A DNA stretch of 64,000 bases, from NCBI GenBank assembly GCA_965237955.1, contig OZ250169.1, positions 2,112,001-2,176,000 on the forward strand. The letters run 5' to 3'. The DNA comes from Candidatus Marinacidobacterales bacterium (lineage in GTDB: Bacteria > Acidobacteriota > Vicinamibacteria > Marinacidobacterales > SMYC01). The notes beneath the pieces were generated by a model, which was not told where the DNA came from, did no database searches, and saw only the letters and a list, made by a program, of their open reading frames with translations. Below, piece by piece: positions 29,507 through 39,155 of the stretch. The translations under genes were made by a program, and so were the position numbers. Every line of letters starts with the position of its first letter. The first letter of the stretch is position 1.

Positions 29507-29607
29507 AACGCAAAGGCGCGAAGACGCGAAGGCGCAAAGAAAGCAAGTCGCGTGAAGCGAAGTGAACCCGAACCCTTCGCGTCTTTGCGCCCTTGCGACT
29601 TTGCGTT
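29507..29607. repeat. Palindrome with CGCAAAG(A/G) octamer arms, copy C
   Basis: Arms 29507-29539 and 29575-29607; shares upstream aaaacaaacgcaaaggcgc with copy B. Confidence 0.88.
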
Positions 29608-29624
29608 ATTCTTTTCCTGCGTCA

Positions 29625-29864
29625 TCACCCTGATTCGAGCACCCGGTTGCGTCTCCGCTTCGAGTACCAAGACGCGCCAATGGCGGTGAACACCAGATAC
29701 GGCATTCCGAGCAGGAACAAAATCCCTCGGTTGAACCCCGCCGCCATCGCGCCGCCGTTCTGCTCGAGGGCGGTTACGCACATGGCACACTGAGCGCTCG
29801 CCGCGTTGGCCATGCAAAGCGAAGCGGCCAGTATGGCAATAGCGGTGATGATACGCGTACTCAT
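29625..29864 (-). CDS. Small membrane protein with AQCAMC motif (oxidase-associated)
   Basis: Signal peptide, CxxC, GFNRGILFLLGMPY TM; ATGA overlap with subunit IV gene. Confidence 0.75.
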   Translation of the reverse strand: MSTRIITAIAILAASLCMANAASAQCAMCVTALEQNGGAMAAGFNRGILFLLGMPYLVFTAIGASWYSKRRRNRVLESG

Positions 29865-30175
29865 TTGTTCAGGCTCTTCAGTAGGACTTGGCCGCCGTCG
29901 TAGGCGGGAACGACGAACATCAAGATGCTCGTCACGAAAATCCCGACGAGCACGATCATGATCAAACCCATCTTCTCGAACTTGAGATGCATGAAGAAGA
30001 AGATGATGAGCGTGGCCTTGATCGACGAGCCCAAGAGCAGAAGGCCAGCTTTGGGCGCTTGTGCCAAGCCCGACTCACTGATGAAAATCATCGACAGGGT
30101 CAAGACCCCGAGCACGCCGAGGATCTTCGCGTACTGCAGATAGACTTTCTTGCCCGATTCTGCGTGTTCCGCCAT
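29861..30175 (-). CDS. ctaF: Cytochrome c oxidase subunit IV family
   Basis: Three TM helices; KATLIIFFFMHLKFE. Confidence 0.88.
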   Translation of the reverse strand: MAEHAESGKKVYLQYAKILGVLGVLTLSMIFISESGLAQAPKAGLLLLGSSIKATLIIFFFMHLKFEKMGLIMIVLVGIFVTSILMFVVPAYDGGQVLLKSLNK

Positions 30176-30206
30176 AGTCGTAATCCCTTTGCCCGCTTAT
30201 ACTTGC

Positions 30207-30818
30207 CTATACTAAATAGAAAAGAGCAAAAACGAAGACCCACACGAGGTCGACGAAGTGCCAATACAGTCCGGCGTTCTCGACGCCCATCGCCGAGGAC
30301 TTACCCAAGGCCGTGCGGATGGCCACGACCAGGAGAATAATCACGCCGGTGGTCACGTGCATCCCGTGGAAACCGGTGATGACGAAAAAGCAAGTGCTGA
30401 ACTGCTGCACGCCCCAGGGGTTTTCCGTGAGTCGCGCCCCTTCGTGGATGAAGTGGCTCCACTCGTAGACCTGCATCCCCAGGAAAGATAGTCCGCCGAC
30501 AATCGTCATCCACAGAAAGATCGTGAGGTGCTTCTTGTTGGCCGCCGAGGCTGCCGACACCGCACACGCCATCGACCAACTGCTCGCAATGAGCGTGAAC
30601 GTCATCAGGGTGATGTAGTTCATGTCGAAGGCCGCGCTTTGCTCCGGCCAACTCGCGCTCGCGACACGAACGAACCCATAGGACACGAGCAAGCCGGCGA
30701 AGAGTAGGGCATCGGTGATGATGAAAATCCACATCATCAGCTTCTGCCAGCCGACGTTGAAGGGACTCGTGCCCCCACCCCAAGATGCGTCGAGGGCCGC
30801 GGCCCCGGTATCGGTCAT
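30207..30818 (-). CDS. ctaE: Cytochrome c oxidase subunit III (copy 2)
   Basis: KLMMWIFIITDALLF, ITGFHGMHV, GLYWHFVDLVWVF. Confidence 0.93.
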   Translation of the reverse strand: MTDTGAAALDASWGGGTSPFNVGWQKLMMWIFIITDALLFAGLLVSYGFVRVASASWPEQSAAFDMNYITLMTFTLIASSWSMACAVSAASAANKKHLTIFLWMTIVGGLSFLGMQVYEWSHFIHEGARLTENPWGVQQFSTCFFVITGFHGMHVTTGVIILLVVAIRTALGKSSAMGVENAGLYWHFVDLVWVFVFALFYLV

Positions 30819-30867
30819 CGTTACTCCTCTCCGCTTTGCTCAGACGTGGCCCAAAAAGTGGCGCCGA

Positions 30868-31521
30868 TCAGACATAGAACAAAACCACCAATAGATAGAG
30901 CCAGACAGCACTCACGAAGTGCCAATACGTCGCGCAAATGATGGGAGAGCTCGACTCCCCCGGCGTCAAGCGGTACCGTAGCGCCAGCGCGAGAACATAG
31001 AGAAGCGCAAGAACCCCCGCGAGCAAGTGCACCGCATGCACGCCTGTCAGCACATAGAAGAACGAGCTATGCGGGTGGCTCTGGAGATAGATACCCTGCT
31101 CGGCGAGCTGACCCCACGCCGCCACCTGACCGGTGAGAAACAGGACACCCAGGACAGCGGTCGCAAGCAGCCACTTCCTGAAAGCTACGGGTCGCCACGC
31201 AAGGAACGCCCGACGCGCTATCTCCATCACGACGCTCGATAGCAAGATGACCGCAGTATTGAGCCAGAGGAGCGGCGGCACCGCGAGTGGAATCCAATCG
31301 CTACCCGCGCTGCGAACAATGTACGCGCTGGTAAACGCCGCGAACAGCATGGTGATGGATCCGAGCGCAATCCAGATACCCAGCTTGGCGGTCTCGATAC
31401 GTTTGGCGGCCTCGCCGCCGGAGCCGTAATCGCCGAAGCCCTTGTCGATGAAATCGGATCCTCTCCCGCCGTCATCAGACGTCTTGGGGGTTTTGGGAAC
31501 ACTCAGCGTGCCGGCCATCAT
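30868..31521 (-). CDS. ctaE: Cytochrome c oxidase subunit III (copy 1)
   Basis: MLFAAFTSAY, LTGVHAVHL, TYWHFVSAVW. Confidence 0.9.
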   Translation of the reverse strand: MMAGTLSVPKTPKTSDDGGRGSDFIDKGFGDYGSGGEAAKRIETAKLGIWIALGSITMLFAAFTSAYIVRSAGSDWIPLAVPPLLWLNTAVILLSSVVMEIARRAFLAWRPVAFRKWLLATAVLGVLFLTGQVAAWGQLAEQGIYLQSHPHSSFFYVLTGVHAVHLLAGVLALLYVLALALRYRLTPGESSSPIICATYWHFVSAVWLYLLVVLFYV

Positions 31522-32423
31522 TAGGCCGCCTTTCCATCGAGGGCGAGAAGCGCCAGGACGAGCGGCAAGTAGAAGAGCGATGCGGCCATAAGCTGCACGG
31601 CTCTAGGCTTGAGCGTGCCATCGTCGAAACGCGCGGCCGCCACGAGCACGAACCCCCCGAGGATCAGCGCACCGAAGAGGTAGAGAGTCCCCGCGAGTCC
31701 GAGCACCGCGGGCATGAGGCTCGCGGCCACGAGCGCGACGGTTGCTACGATCGTTCTCAGGCGCGCCCCCTCGACCGGCATCGCACGATAACCTATTCGT
31801 GCGTAGTCGTCCCGGTAGGTCGATGCGATCGCCCAGGTGTGAGGAAATTGCCAGAAGAAGAGAATGCCGAACATGCACCACGCGAGCGGGCTCAGAGAGC
31901 CGGAAGCCGCGCTGACGCCCATGAGCGGCGGTATCGCGCCCGCGACAGCCCCCGGCACCGTCGAGAACGCCGTCTGTGATTTCATCGGCGTATAGACCAA
32001 GACGTACGTGACCAGCGCGACGAGCGCGAGCGCGCCACAAAGGGATCCGGAAGTCGCGAAGAGAATGGCCACGCCTGCAATCGACGAGACACTCGCCACG
32101 AACAGCGCTTCGGACACCTGGAGTCGCCCCGAGGGCAGGGGTCGCCGAGCGGTACGATCCATCCGGGCGTCCGAGTCGCGCTCCAGGATTTGGTTGAACG
32201 CGTTGGCCCCGGCCACGACGAGAAACGTGCCTACCGCGAACCAGAGCAGGCGGCCGAGAATAAGCTCGCTCGACGCCACCCAGTACCCAACGAGCGCGGA
32301 AAGGAGCACCATTGAGGAGAGGCGTGCTTTTGCGAGCTGCAGATAGTCGCGCACGCGATCGCGGACCGAAAACGACCACGGTTCCACTTCCGAAGCCGGG
32401 TGCACACCTTCCCTGACGGACAT
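31521..32423 (-). CDS. ctaB: Heme O synthase (protoheme IX farnesyltransferase)
   Basis: NQILERDSDARMDRTARRPLPSG, YTPMK, GAIPPLMG, WQFPH. Confidence 0.95.
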   Translation of the reverse strand: MSVREGVHPASEVEPWSFSVRDRVRDYLQLAKARLSSMVLLSALVGYWVASSELILGRLLWFAVGTFLVVAGANAFNQILERDSDARMDRTARRPLPSGRLQVSEALFVASVSSIAGVAILFATSGSLCGALALVALVTYVLVYTPMKSQTAFSTVPGAVAGAIPPLMGVSAASGSLSPLAWCMFGILFFWQFPHTWAIASTYRDDYARIGYRAMPVEGARLRTIVATVALVAASLMPAVLGLAGTLYLFGALILGGFVLVAAARFDDGTLKPRAVQLMAASLFYLPLVLALLALDGKAA

Positions 32424-32438
32424 TGATGGGTTACTCGG

Positions 32439-34208
32439 CTACTTCGCCCCTACTTTGGCTGGCGGTTGCCACTGCGGTGCGTGATCGCCCTTTTCATCGG
32501 GGTTCTGGTAGTCGTAGGGCCAGCGATAGACTTCGGGAATCTCACCCGGCCAATTGCCGTGCCCGGGCTCGATAGGCGTCGACCACTCGAGCGTATTGGC
32601 TTCCCACGGATTCTCGGACTCGACTTTCTTGCCCTTGAACAGGCTCCAGAAGTAATTGAAGAAGAAAATAAACTGCGCAGCGCCGAGAATGAACGCGCTG
32701 ATGGTGATGAACGTGTTCACCGGTTGCAGCGGTTTCAGGTACTCGTAGGTGTTCGGGTCGTAGATGCGCCGCATCATGCCCGCTATGCCCAGATAGTGCA
32801 TCGGGAAGAACACGCCGTAGTACGCAAGGAAGGTGAACCAGAAGTGAACCTTCGACAGCCCCTCGTTCATGTGGCGGCCGAACATCTTCGGAAACCAGTA
32901 GTACACCGCGGCGAGGAGGCCGAAGAGCCCGGCACCCGCCATGATGAAGTGGAAGTGTGCGACGACGAACATGGTGTCATGCAGCTGGATATCGACGGCG
33001 TTGGTGCCCAGGAAGACGCCGGTGAGCCCACCGGTCACGAACAGCGACACGATCCCGAGAGCAAAGAGCATCGGCGTCGCGAACCGTATCTTCGCCCTCC
33101 ACAGAGTCGCCAGCCAGTTGAACACTTTGACCGCTGAGGGCACCGCGATCACGAGCGTCGTCATGGTGAACACTGTCCCGAGAAAAGGACTCATGCCCGA
33201 GACGAACATGTGATGGCCCCAAACGACGAAGCTCAGGCCCGCGATGGCCACGATCGCGTAGACCATGGAGTGGTAACCGAAGATAGGCCTTCGAGTGAAA
33301 GTGCTGATGATGTCGGAGGTAAAGCCGAGCGCGGGCAGCATGATGATGTAGACCTCGGGGTGTCCGAGGAACCAGAACAGGTGCTGCCAGAGCAGCGGCG
33401 AGCCACCTTCGTGGGGAAAGAGCTCGTCGCCGATGAAAATGCCGGCCGGAAGGAAAAAGCTGGTCCCGAGCGAGCGGTCGAAGACCAACAGGATGGCCCC
33501 GGCTGCGAGCGCGGGAAAGGCGAGAAGCCCGAGAATACCCACGGCGAACTGCGCCCACGTCGTCAGGGGCATCCTCATCATGTTGAGGCCCTTGGTCCTC
33601 AAGTTCAGGATGGTGACCACGAAGTTGAGGCCACCCATCGTGAACGACGCGATGAAGAACATCATACCGACCAGCCACAGCGTTTGGCCCAGGGCGGAGC
33701 CTGGAATCGACGAGCGAATCGCGGAAAGCGGCGGGTAGGCCGTCCAGCCCGAAGCCGCCGCACCGCCTTCTACAAAGAACGAGAGAATAATAATCATCGC
33801 TCCAGGAAGCGCCGTCCAGAACGAGAGCATGTTGAGAAACGGAAACGCCATGTCCCGGGCGCCGATCTGGAGAGGAATGAGAAAGTTCCCGAACCCGCTG
33901 ACGGGGCCGATCGACAGCACGAAAAAAACCATAATCGTGCCGTGCATCGTGAACAGCATGATGTAGAACTCGGGCGTCATCACGCCCGACGCCATACCGG
34001 CAGGGAACAACGTCTCCCAGAACTGCGCGTGCTGGCCCGGATAGCCGAGCTGCAAACGCACCAGCATCGCCAGAGCTCCACCAATGACCGCCATGAACAT
34101 GGTGAGGGTCAAGTACTGCTTGCCGATCATCTTGTGATCGAAGCTGAAAATGTACTTGCTTATGAAGCCCTGCTTGCCATGGCCGTGGTCGTCGTGACCT
34201 TCGCTCAT
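32439..34208 (-). CDS. ctaD: Cytochrome c oxidase subunit I, A1 type
   Basis: TMHGTIM, GARDMAFP, WFLGHPEVY, VWGHHMF, VVAHFH. Confidence 0.97.
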   Translation of the reverse strand: MSEGHDDHGHGKQGFISKYIFSFDHKMIGKQYLTLTMFMAVIGGALAMLVRLQLGYPGQHAQFWETLFPAGMASGVMTPEFYIMLFTMHGTIMVFFVLSIGPVSGFGNFLIPLQIGARDMAFPFLNMLSFWTALPGAMIIILSFFVEGGAAASGWTAYPPLSAIRSSIPGSALGQTLWLVGMMFFIASFTMGGLNFVVTILNLRTKGLNMMRMPLTTWAQFAVGILGLLAFPALAAGAILLVFDRSLGTSFFLPAGIFIGDELFPHEGGSPLLWQHLFWFLGHPEVYIIMLPALGFTSDIISTFTRRPIFGYHSMVYAIVAIAGLSFVVWGHHMFVSGMSPFLGTVFTMTTLVIAVPSAVKVFNWLATLWRAKIRFATPMLFALGIVSLFVTGGLTGVFLGTNAVDIQLHDTMFVVAHFHFIMAGAGLFGLLAAVYYWFPKMFGRHMNEGLSKVHFWFTFLAYYGVFFPMHYLGIAGMMRRIYDPNTYEYLKPLQPVNTFITISAFILGAAQFIFFFNYFWSLFKGKKVESENPWEANTLEWSTPIEPGHGNWPGEIPEVYRWPYDYQNPDEKGDHAPQWQPPAKVGAK

Positions 34209-34253
34209 GCCAGTTTTCTCCTCGCTGTATGAAGACTCAAAACAATGAATGCA

Positions 34254-35069
34254 CTATTGGTTGGCTTGTTCCGTCAGCCACGTCTGAAAGTCAGCTTCGC
34301 TTCGCACGCTCATAAAAGCCCGCATGCGGTAGTGGCCGAGGCCGCAAAGCTCCGCGCACGCGATCTCGTACTCACCGACCGTAATAGGCGTGAACCAAAC
34401 CGAGGTTTCAATCCCGGGCATCAGATCTTGCTTCACCCGATGGTTCGGAAGGAAAAAAGCGTGCTGGACGTCTTTCGAGCGTAGCAGGATCCGAACCGGC
34501 CGGTCGACGGGAATGACGAGCTGGTTGATCATGTGAATATCATCAGCGCCAGCGGGGTCATCCGGATCGATCCCCAAATAGTTTTCGAGCGAGTACAACT
34601 CCGGTTGCCACGCGCCGAACTCGCCGTCGAGTCCCGGGTAGCGAAAGTCCCACTGGAACTGGGCGCCAACCGCTTCGATGGTGAGCATCGCTTCTTCGGG
34701 CGGCGCCGCCTTGACGTCCTCCCAGACAACGAGCCCGGCGAATACGATGGGGATGAGGATCACCGCCGTGGCGATGGTCCACGCCATCTCCAGCTTGTGG
34801 CTCTCATGCCAATAGCTGCCTTCGGCATCGTCCCGGTGGCGGTACTTCCACAGGTAGAAGCCGAGAAGGCACTGAACGACGACGTACATCACCCCGGTCA
34901 ACGCCAGGATGATGTAGTAGAGCGTATCCTGCGCACCACGATCCGAGGCGAGCTCGGGAACTTGGTATTTGAAGAAGTAGGCGACCGATACGGCCACGAT
35001 GCCCCAAATGGATAGGGCCAACGCCATGCCGTGCTTGGCGTCGCGGTTTGCCTCGGTATTCTCAGCCAT
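34254..35069 (-). CDS. ctaC: Cytochrome c oxidase subunit II (CuA, no fused heme c)
   Basis: DVQHAF and CAELCGLGHYRM CuA ligands; no CxxCH. Confidence 0.95.
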   Translation of the reverse strand: MAENTEANRDAKHGMALALSIWGIVAVSVAYFFKYQVPELASDRGAQDTLYYIILALTGVMYVVVQCLLGFYLWKYRHRDDAEGSYWHESHKLEMAWTIATAVILIPIVFAGLVVWEDVKAAPPEEAMLTIEAVGAQFQWDFRYPGLDGEFGAWQPELYSLENYLGIDPDDPAGADDIHMINQLVIPVDRPVRILLRSKDVQHAFFLPNHRVKQDLMPGIETSVWFTPITVGEYEIACAELCGLGHYRMRAFMSVRSEADFQTWLTEQANQ

Positions 35070-35174
35070 GTGTGGTCCTCATCGAGCAACAGAAAAGCTG
35101 GCTTCCGCCTTGCCGCCGGCGGGGCCAGCTCGCCCTGTTAAGAAATGTCCAGAAATGTCCGAAACTTTCGTGAT

Positions 35175-38000
35175 CTACTCCGCGTAGCGCATGAGATAAG
35201 AAGCAACGGCCCGCAATTGTGCTTCAGCGTCGCCTTCCAAGATGTCGGGGAAATACACGGCGTGGTTCCCCTCGTCGTCGAAGGGCCATCCCTGGGGCAT
35301 GTTCGTGCCCGGAGTGATCGACTGCGGATCTTTCATCCAGTCGACAATCCAGTCCTCACGTAGTCGCTCACCGCTGAGCCGGAAGCTCGGCGCGAGCTGC
35401 GACGCTTCCATCGTCCCGGCGGCGCTTGCGAGGTGACACCTCTCGCACTGCTGCTTATCGAGAAGCTCGCTTCCGGCGCGAAGGGTTGTGGCGTCGGCGG
35501 GCCGTGCGGCCGCGGTCTTGAAGGGCTGCGTCCCTTCCATCGCCATGAATCCCTGCACCAAGGTATTCAACTGCGGGTCGGCGAAGTGGAAGGTCGGCAT
35601 ACGAACGTTGAGCCAGAACCGAACGTCACTCGGATCCTTGAGGAAGCTGAAGAGCCAATCGGCTTGCGTGCGAGCACCCTGGGTATTCAAATTCGGCGGT
35701 CGCATCCCGGGATCCCCGGTGTCGTCGTGCAACAGCTCGGTCTGGTAGATACCTCCGCCAAAACCGTCGACGATATGACAGCCGCGGCAGTTGTACTCGT
35801 GGATGAGCTTCCTCGCGTCTTCCGCGTACGCTTCGTGAGCGCTCAAGCGCTTCCGCGCTTCGATCGGAAGCTCTTCCCGCGTTTGGCCCAAAACCTGCGT
35901 GGCGATGGCCGTCACTTCGGCATCGGTGAACCCGAAGTAGCCCATGCGGAGCTTTTCGGGCGGGCTCTTGGCTTTGTCGCGGTCATAGCTGCGCGGGTTC
36001 CTGAGCTTGTTCTCGAGCCAAGCGTGGCGCGTGTGCGGGAGGTCGATATAGCCGAAATCGAGGCGGGTCACCATCTTCGAGCCCCACGTCGACAGATCGA
36101 CGCCGATCTTCTGCGCGTTCTCGAAGCCCTTGATGTCGTGACACCCGAAACAGCCATACCTCAAGATCAGACGCTCACCGCTGTAAAGCGTTTTGGCTTC
36201 GAGAGACATCGTGGCGAGCTGTGCTTCGGCCTGTGCCGCGGGAAGACCTGTCTTGAGAAACTCGATCGTGATCTCGTCGAGCGCCGCCTCGTCGACCTCA
36301 GGAACCGGGAGCGACTCGAACGCCTCGTTCCGAAGCGTCATCAAATACGCAGCGATGTCAGCCGCCTCCTGGTTCGTGAGCCGGAGGTCGGGCATGAAGG
36401 TGTCTTCCCAATAGTGTTTGGGATCCCTCACCCAGTTGTAGAGAAACTCGCGGTTGACCTTAGTCCCGACGCCGGCGAGGCTCGCGCCTCGGGTGCGGTA
36501 CCAATCGACCTGGTTGAGATTGCTCTCGTCGGTAACATGGCAGCCGAGACAACCGATACTGTCCACGAGCCCGCGACCTCGATCCACGTTCCCGCCGGGA
36601 ACGACGCCGTAGCTGAGCGGCGACGCTTTGTCGTAGACATAGGAGACGATCGCGGAAATCTCGGTCGCGTTGCGCGCGCCCATGTCTTCATCGAGGTTGT
36701 TCTCGAGATTCCAAAAGCGCGGCATGTAGGTCGACTGCTTGAAGCTCTTCGGGTCGCGGAGCCAGCGTCTCGCCCATTCGGGAGTGGTCTTGGCAACGAT
36801 GTGCTCGAGGTTCGGCCCTACGTTGCGGCTGTCCTCGAAGCCCGTGGTGTTGTGACAGCCCCAACAGCCTGCCGCTTCATAGAGCTGACGGCCGCGGTTG
36901 AACTCTTCGGCTCCCGGCAGAAGAACCTGGTCGGCGTGGCACTTCTGGCACCCGGCTTGAGCCATACCGTTCGGGTACATCGGTTTGTCCCAGTGGTAAT
37001 CTTCTTTCCAGCCGTACTTCTCGACCCACTCGTGCTCTTGCTCTTCGTTTTGCGGCGTGTGGTTGACGCCCACGAAGTTGATCGCGCGGCCGCGCCCTTC
37101 ATGGCAAGACGTACAGCCGAGGCTGTCGCGGGGATGGGCCGACTCCGCGCCGACAGACAAGTCCACGTCGGGATGCGTGCGGAACGGCTGCTCCGCGTCG
37201 GCGTAGTCAGGGTTGTCGATCCCGAGATGACACGTCTTGCAGCGATCGATGCGCGGAACCTTGGCGAAGTTCAACTCCTCGGTGACGTTCCGCACCAGCA
37301 CTTGATGCACTTCGATGCTCGGGTCGATGAAGTCGACCATGGGAAGATTCCGGAACGTGTTCGGCACGTTCTGGGCGATCGCCGCGGCTTTGCGCCGCAG
37401 CAGCGTCGCCGTCTGCACCAGAGCATCGCGCTCTCCGTTGAGCTCGGTAACGCGTGCCTGAGAGTCGCGAATAGCCTGTTGGGTGGTGTCCCGCTCGTAC
37501 TCGATAGCAATGCGAGCGTCGCGAGCGCCAAGGAACTCGGCCGCGCGCGCGTCGAAAGCCTCCTGGCTCATGCGCTTTCCGATCGGCACGGATCTACCGG
37601 CCACGCCCTCGTCATAGAAGAACTTCTCGGAGTCGTAGATAGCCTTGAGCCTGCGCTCTTCGATGTCAGCGAGCGTCCAATCGTCGTTCAGCCTCCCGAG
37701 CGTCGCCTCGAGCTCGCTGATCTCGGCCTGCTTTGCGTCGAGCTCTTCGCCAGCGGCTTGGAGTTCAGTCTCGAGCCGCTGAAGCTCGCGTTGATTCACG
37801 GCAGCGTCGGCTTTTTGAATCTGCTCGGCCGTCAGGTCCCGCTCCATCTGGAAGAACTGGCGCTGGTACTGCTTCCACTCGCGAGAATAGTCGTCCCAGA
37901 CCATCCAAATGGTCGTCACGAACAAGGCGATGGAGGAAATTCCAAAAACTACGTTGAGGCCGCTGATGTCGTACGCGTGTCCAGGAGCCGGTTTCGCCAC
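35175..38000 (-). CDS. Membrane-anchored octaheme cytochrome c
   Basis: Eight CxxCH motifs (CKTCH, CTSCH, CQKCH, CWGCH, CLGCH, CFGCH, CRGCH, CERCH); N-terminal TM and coiled coil. Confidence 0.92.
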   Translation of the reverse strand: MAKPAPGHAYDISGLNVVFGISSIALFVTTIWMVWDDYSREWKQYQRQFFQMERDLTAEQIQKADAAVNQRELQRLETELQAAGEELDAKQAEISELEATLGRLNDDWTLADIEERRLKAIYDSEKFFYDEGVAGRSVPIGKRMSQEAFDARAAEFLGARDARIAIEYERDTTQQAIRDSQARVTELNGERDALVQTATLLRRKAAAIAQNVPNTFRNLPMVDFIDPSIEVHQVLVRNVTEELNFAKVPRIDRCKTCHLGIDNPDYADAEQPFRTHPDVDLSVGAESAHPRDSLGCTSCHEGRGRAINFVGVNHTPQNEEQEHEWVEKYGWKEDYHWDKPMYPNGMAQAGCQKCHADQVLLPGAEEFNRGRQLYEAAGCWGCHNTTGFEDSRNVGPNLEHIVAKTTPEWARRWLRDPKSFKQSTYMPRFWNLENNLDEDMGARNATEISAIVSYVYDKASPLSYGVVPGGNVDRGRGLVDSIGCLGCHVTDESNLNQVDWYRTRGASLAGVGTKVNREFLYNWVRDPKHYWEDTFMPDLRLTNQEAADIAAYLMTLRNEAFESLPVPEVDEAALDEITIEFLKTGLPAAQAEAQLATMSLEAKTLYSGERLILRYGCFGCHDIKGFENAQKIGVDLSTWGSKMVTRLDFGYIDLPHTRHAWLENKLRNPRSYDRDKAKSPPEKLRMGYFGFTDAEVTAIATQVLGQTREELPIEARKRLSAHEAYAEDARKLIHEYNCRGCHIVDGFGGGIYQTELLHDDTGDPGMRPPNLNTQGARTQADWLFSFLKDPSDVRFWLNVRMPTFHFADPQLNTLVQGFMAMEGTQPFKTAAARPADATTLRAGSELLDKQQCERCHLASAAGTMEASQLAPSFRLSGERLREDWIVDWMKDPQSITPGTNMPQGWPFDDEGNHAVYFPDILEGDAEAQLRAVASYLMRYAE

Positions 38001-38033
38001 GGTTCACTCCACCTCGTATCTGGTCTCTCTAAA

Positions 38034-39140
38034 CTAGATATTGAAGAAGATCTCGGGGAACGTCACGATGTACTTCAAGTTGAACGCCCACCGCAGGTAC
38101 ATCTTGATCGGAAGGCTCAGCATGAGCAGGAACAACATGACGCCCACGTAGTAGCGGGCGGGCCCCATCTTCTCGTAGTAGCCATGAAGGCTTGCCCATT
38201 GAAGGAATTTTGGAAACTTCTCCTTGGGTCTCGCCAACAGGACCGGGAGTGCCCCAATATAGAAGAGAACGAGAAAGACGCCGAGAAACTCCCGAACGAA
38301 CGGGTTGGACGGATGGGGCCTCCCCAACCAACGCACCCACAGGAAATCGGAGACGTGAACGTTCAAAAGGGGCTCGACTCGATGCTGGTCCCAATACTCG
38401 TACGGTCCGAAGAAATTCCAGTTCGGTCCACGCAGAAACGTTCCCGATATGACGAGGAGCACCCACAGGATCAAGAAGCCGTAGAGAAAGATCGCGATCT
38501 CGGCCTTGCGCTCTTTCAACGTGAAGTAGCCGTTTCCCTTCGGGTTTGTGTCGATGTACGGGATCGCCATGAGCCCCACGACGATGAGCGTCGGGAACAC
38601 GACGCCTGCGAGCCAGGGGTCGAAGTACACGAGCATTTCCTGGAGGCCGAGGAAGTACCACGGCGCTTTCGACGGATTGGGCGAGTCCGCGGGGTTGGCC
38701 GGCTGCTCAATGGGCGCCGGGAGCAGGATGGACCACACCATGAGCACGATACCGAGAATGACCATGCATAGCATCTCGACATAGACGAGATCGGGCCACA
38801 CCCAGACTTTGTCTTTCTCCTGCTTTTCGAGAACCTCTTCGCCGACGGAAACACGTTTGTCGTTCTCGACGCCCTGGTACAGGGAGTACCACGTGAAAAA
38901 CGCGACCAGGAACAAAACGAACGTGATGGGCACATTGTCCGGCTTCGCCACGATGAGGAAGAAGTTCGGGTCGAACATGCTGAGAAAGTAGAAGGCCGCC
39001 ATCAGCGTGAACAGGACGTACGCGACCTTCTTCGACCACACCTGGGTGTATTTCAACGACAGGAAGAAGGCGAGAGTGGCCAGCGTGAAGAGAACCGTCG
39101 GCCCCGAAGCCCAATTGACTAGATTCTTGAAAACATCCAT
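38034..39140 (-). CDS. Cytochrome b C-terminal (subunit IV-like) protein with N-terminal extension
   Basis: VWPDLVY, PNPSKAPWYFLGLQEML, AIPYID. Confidence 0.88.
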   Translation of the reverse strand: MDVFKNLVNWASGPTVLFTLATLAFFLSLKYTQVWSKKVAYVLFTLMAAFYFLSMFDPNFFLIVAKPDNVPITFVLFLVAFFTWYSLYQGVENDKRVSVGEEVLEKQEKDKVWVWPDLVYVEMLCMVILGIVLMVWSILLPAPIEQPANPADSPNPSKAPWYFLGLQEMLVYFDPWLAGVVFPTLIVVGLMAIPYIDTNPKGNGYFTLKERKAEIAIFLYGFLILWVLLVISGTFLRGPNWNFFGPYEYWDQHRVEPLLNVHVSDFLWVRWLGRPHPSNPFVREFLGVFLVLFYIGALPVLLARPKEKFPKFLQWASLHGYYEKMGPARYYVGVMLFLLMLSLPIKMYLRWAFNLKYIVTFPEIFFNI

Positions 39141-39155
39141 AGCGCTCAGCCCTGA

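Noticed and set aside
35433-38771. 1112-aa plus-strand ORF, and similar long ORFs such as 41982-43661, 13006-14604 and 22033-23409
   Set aside because: Antisense shadows of well-supported genes in high-GC DNA; no recognisable motifs.
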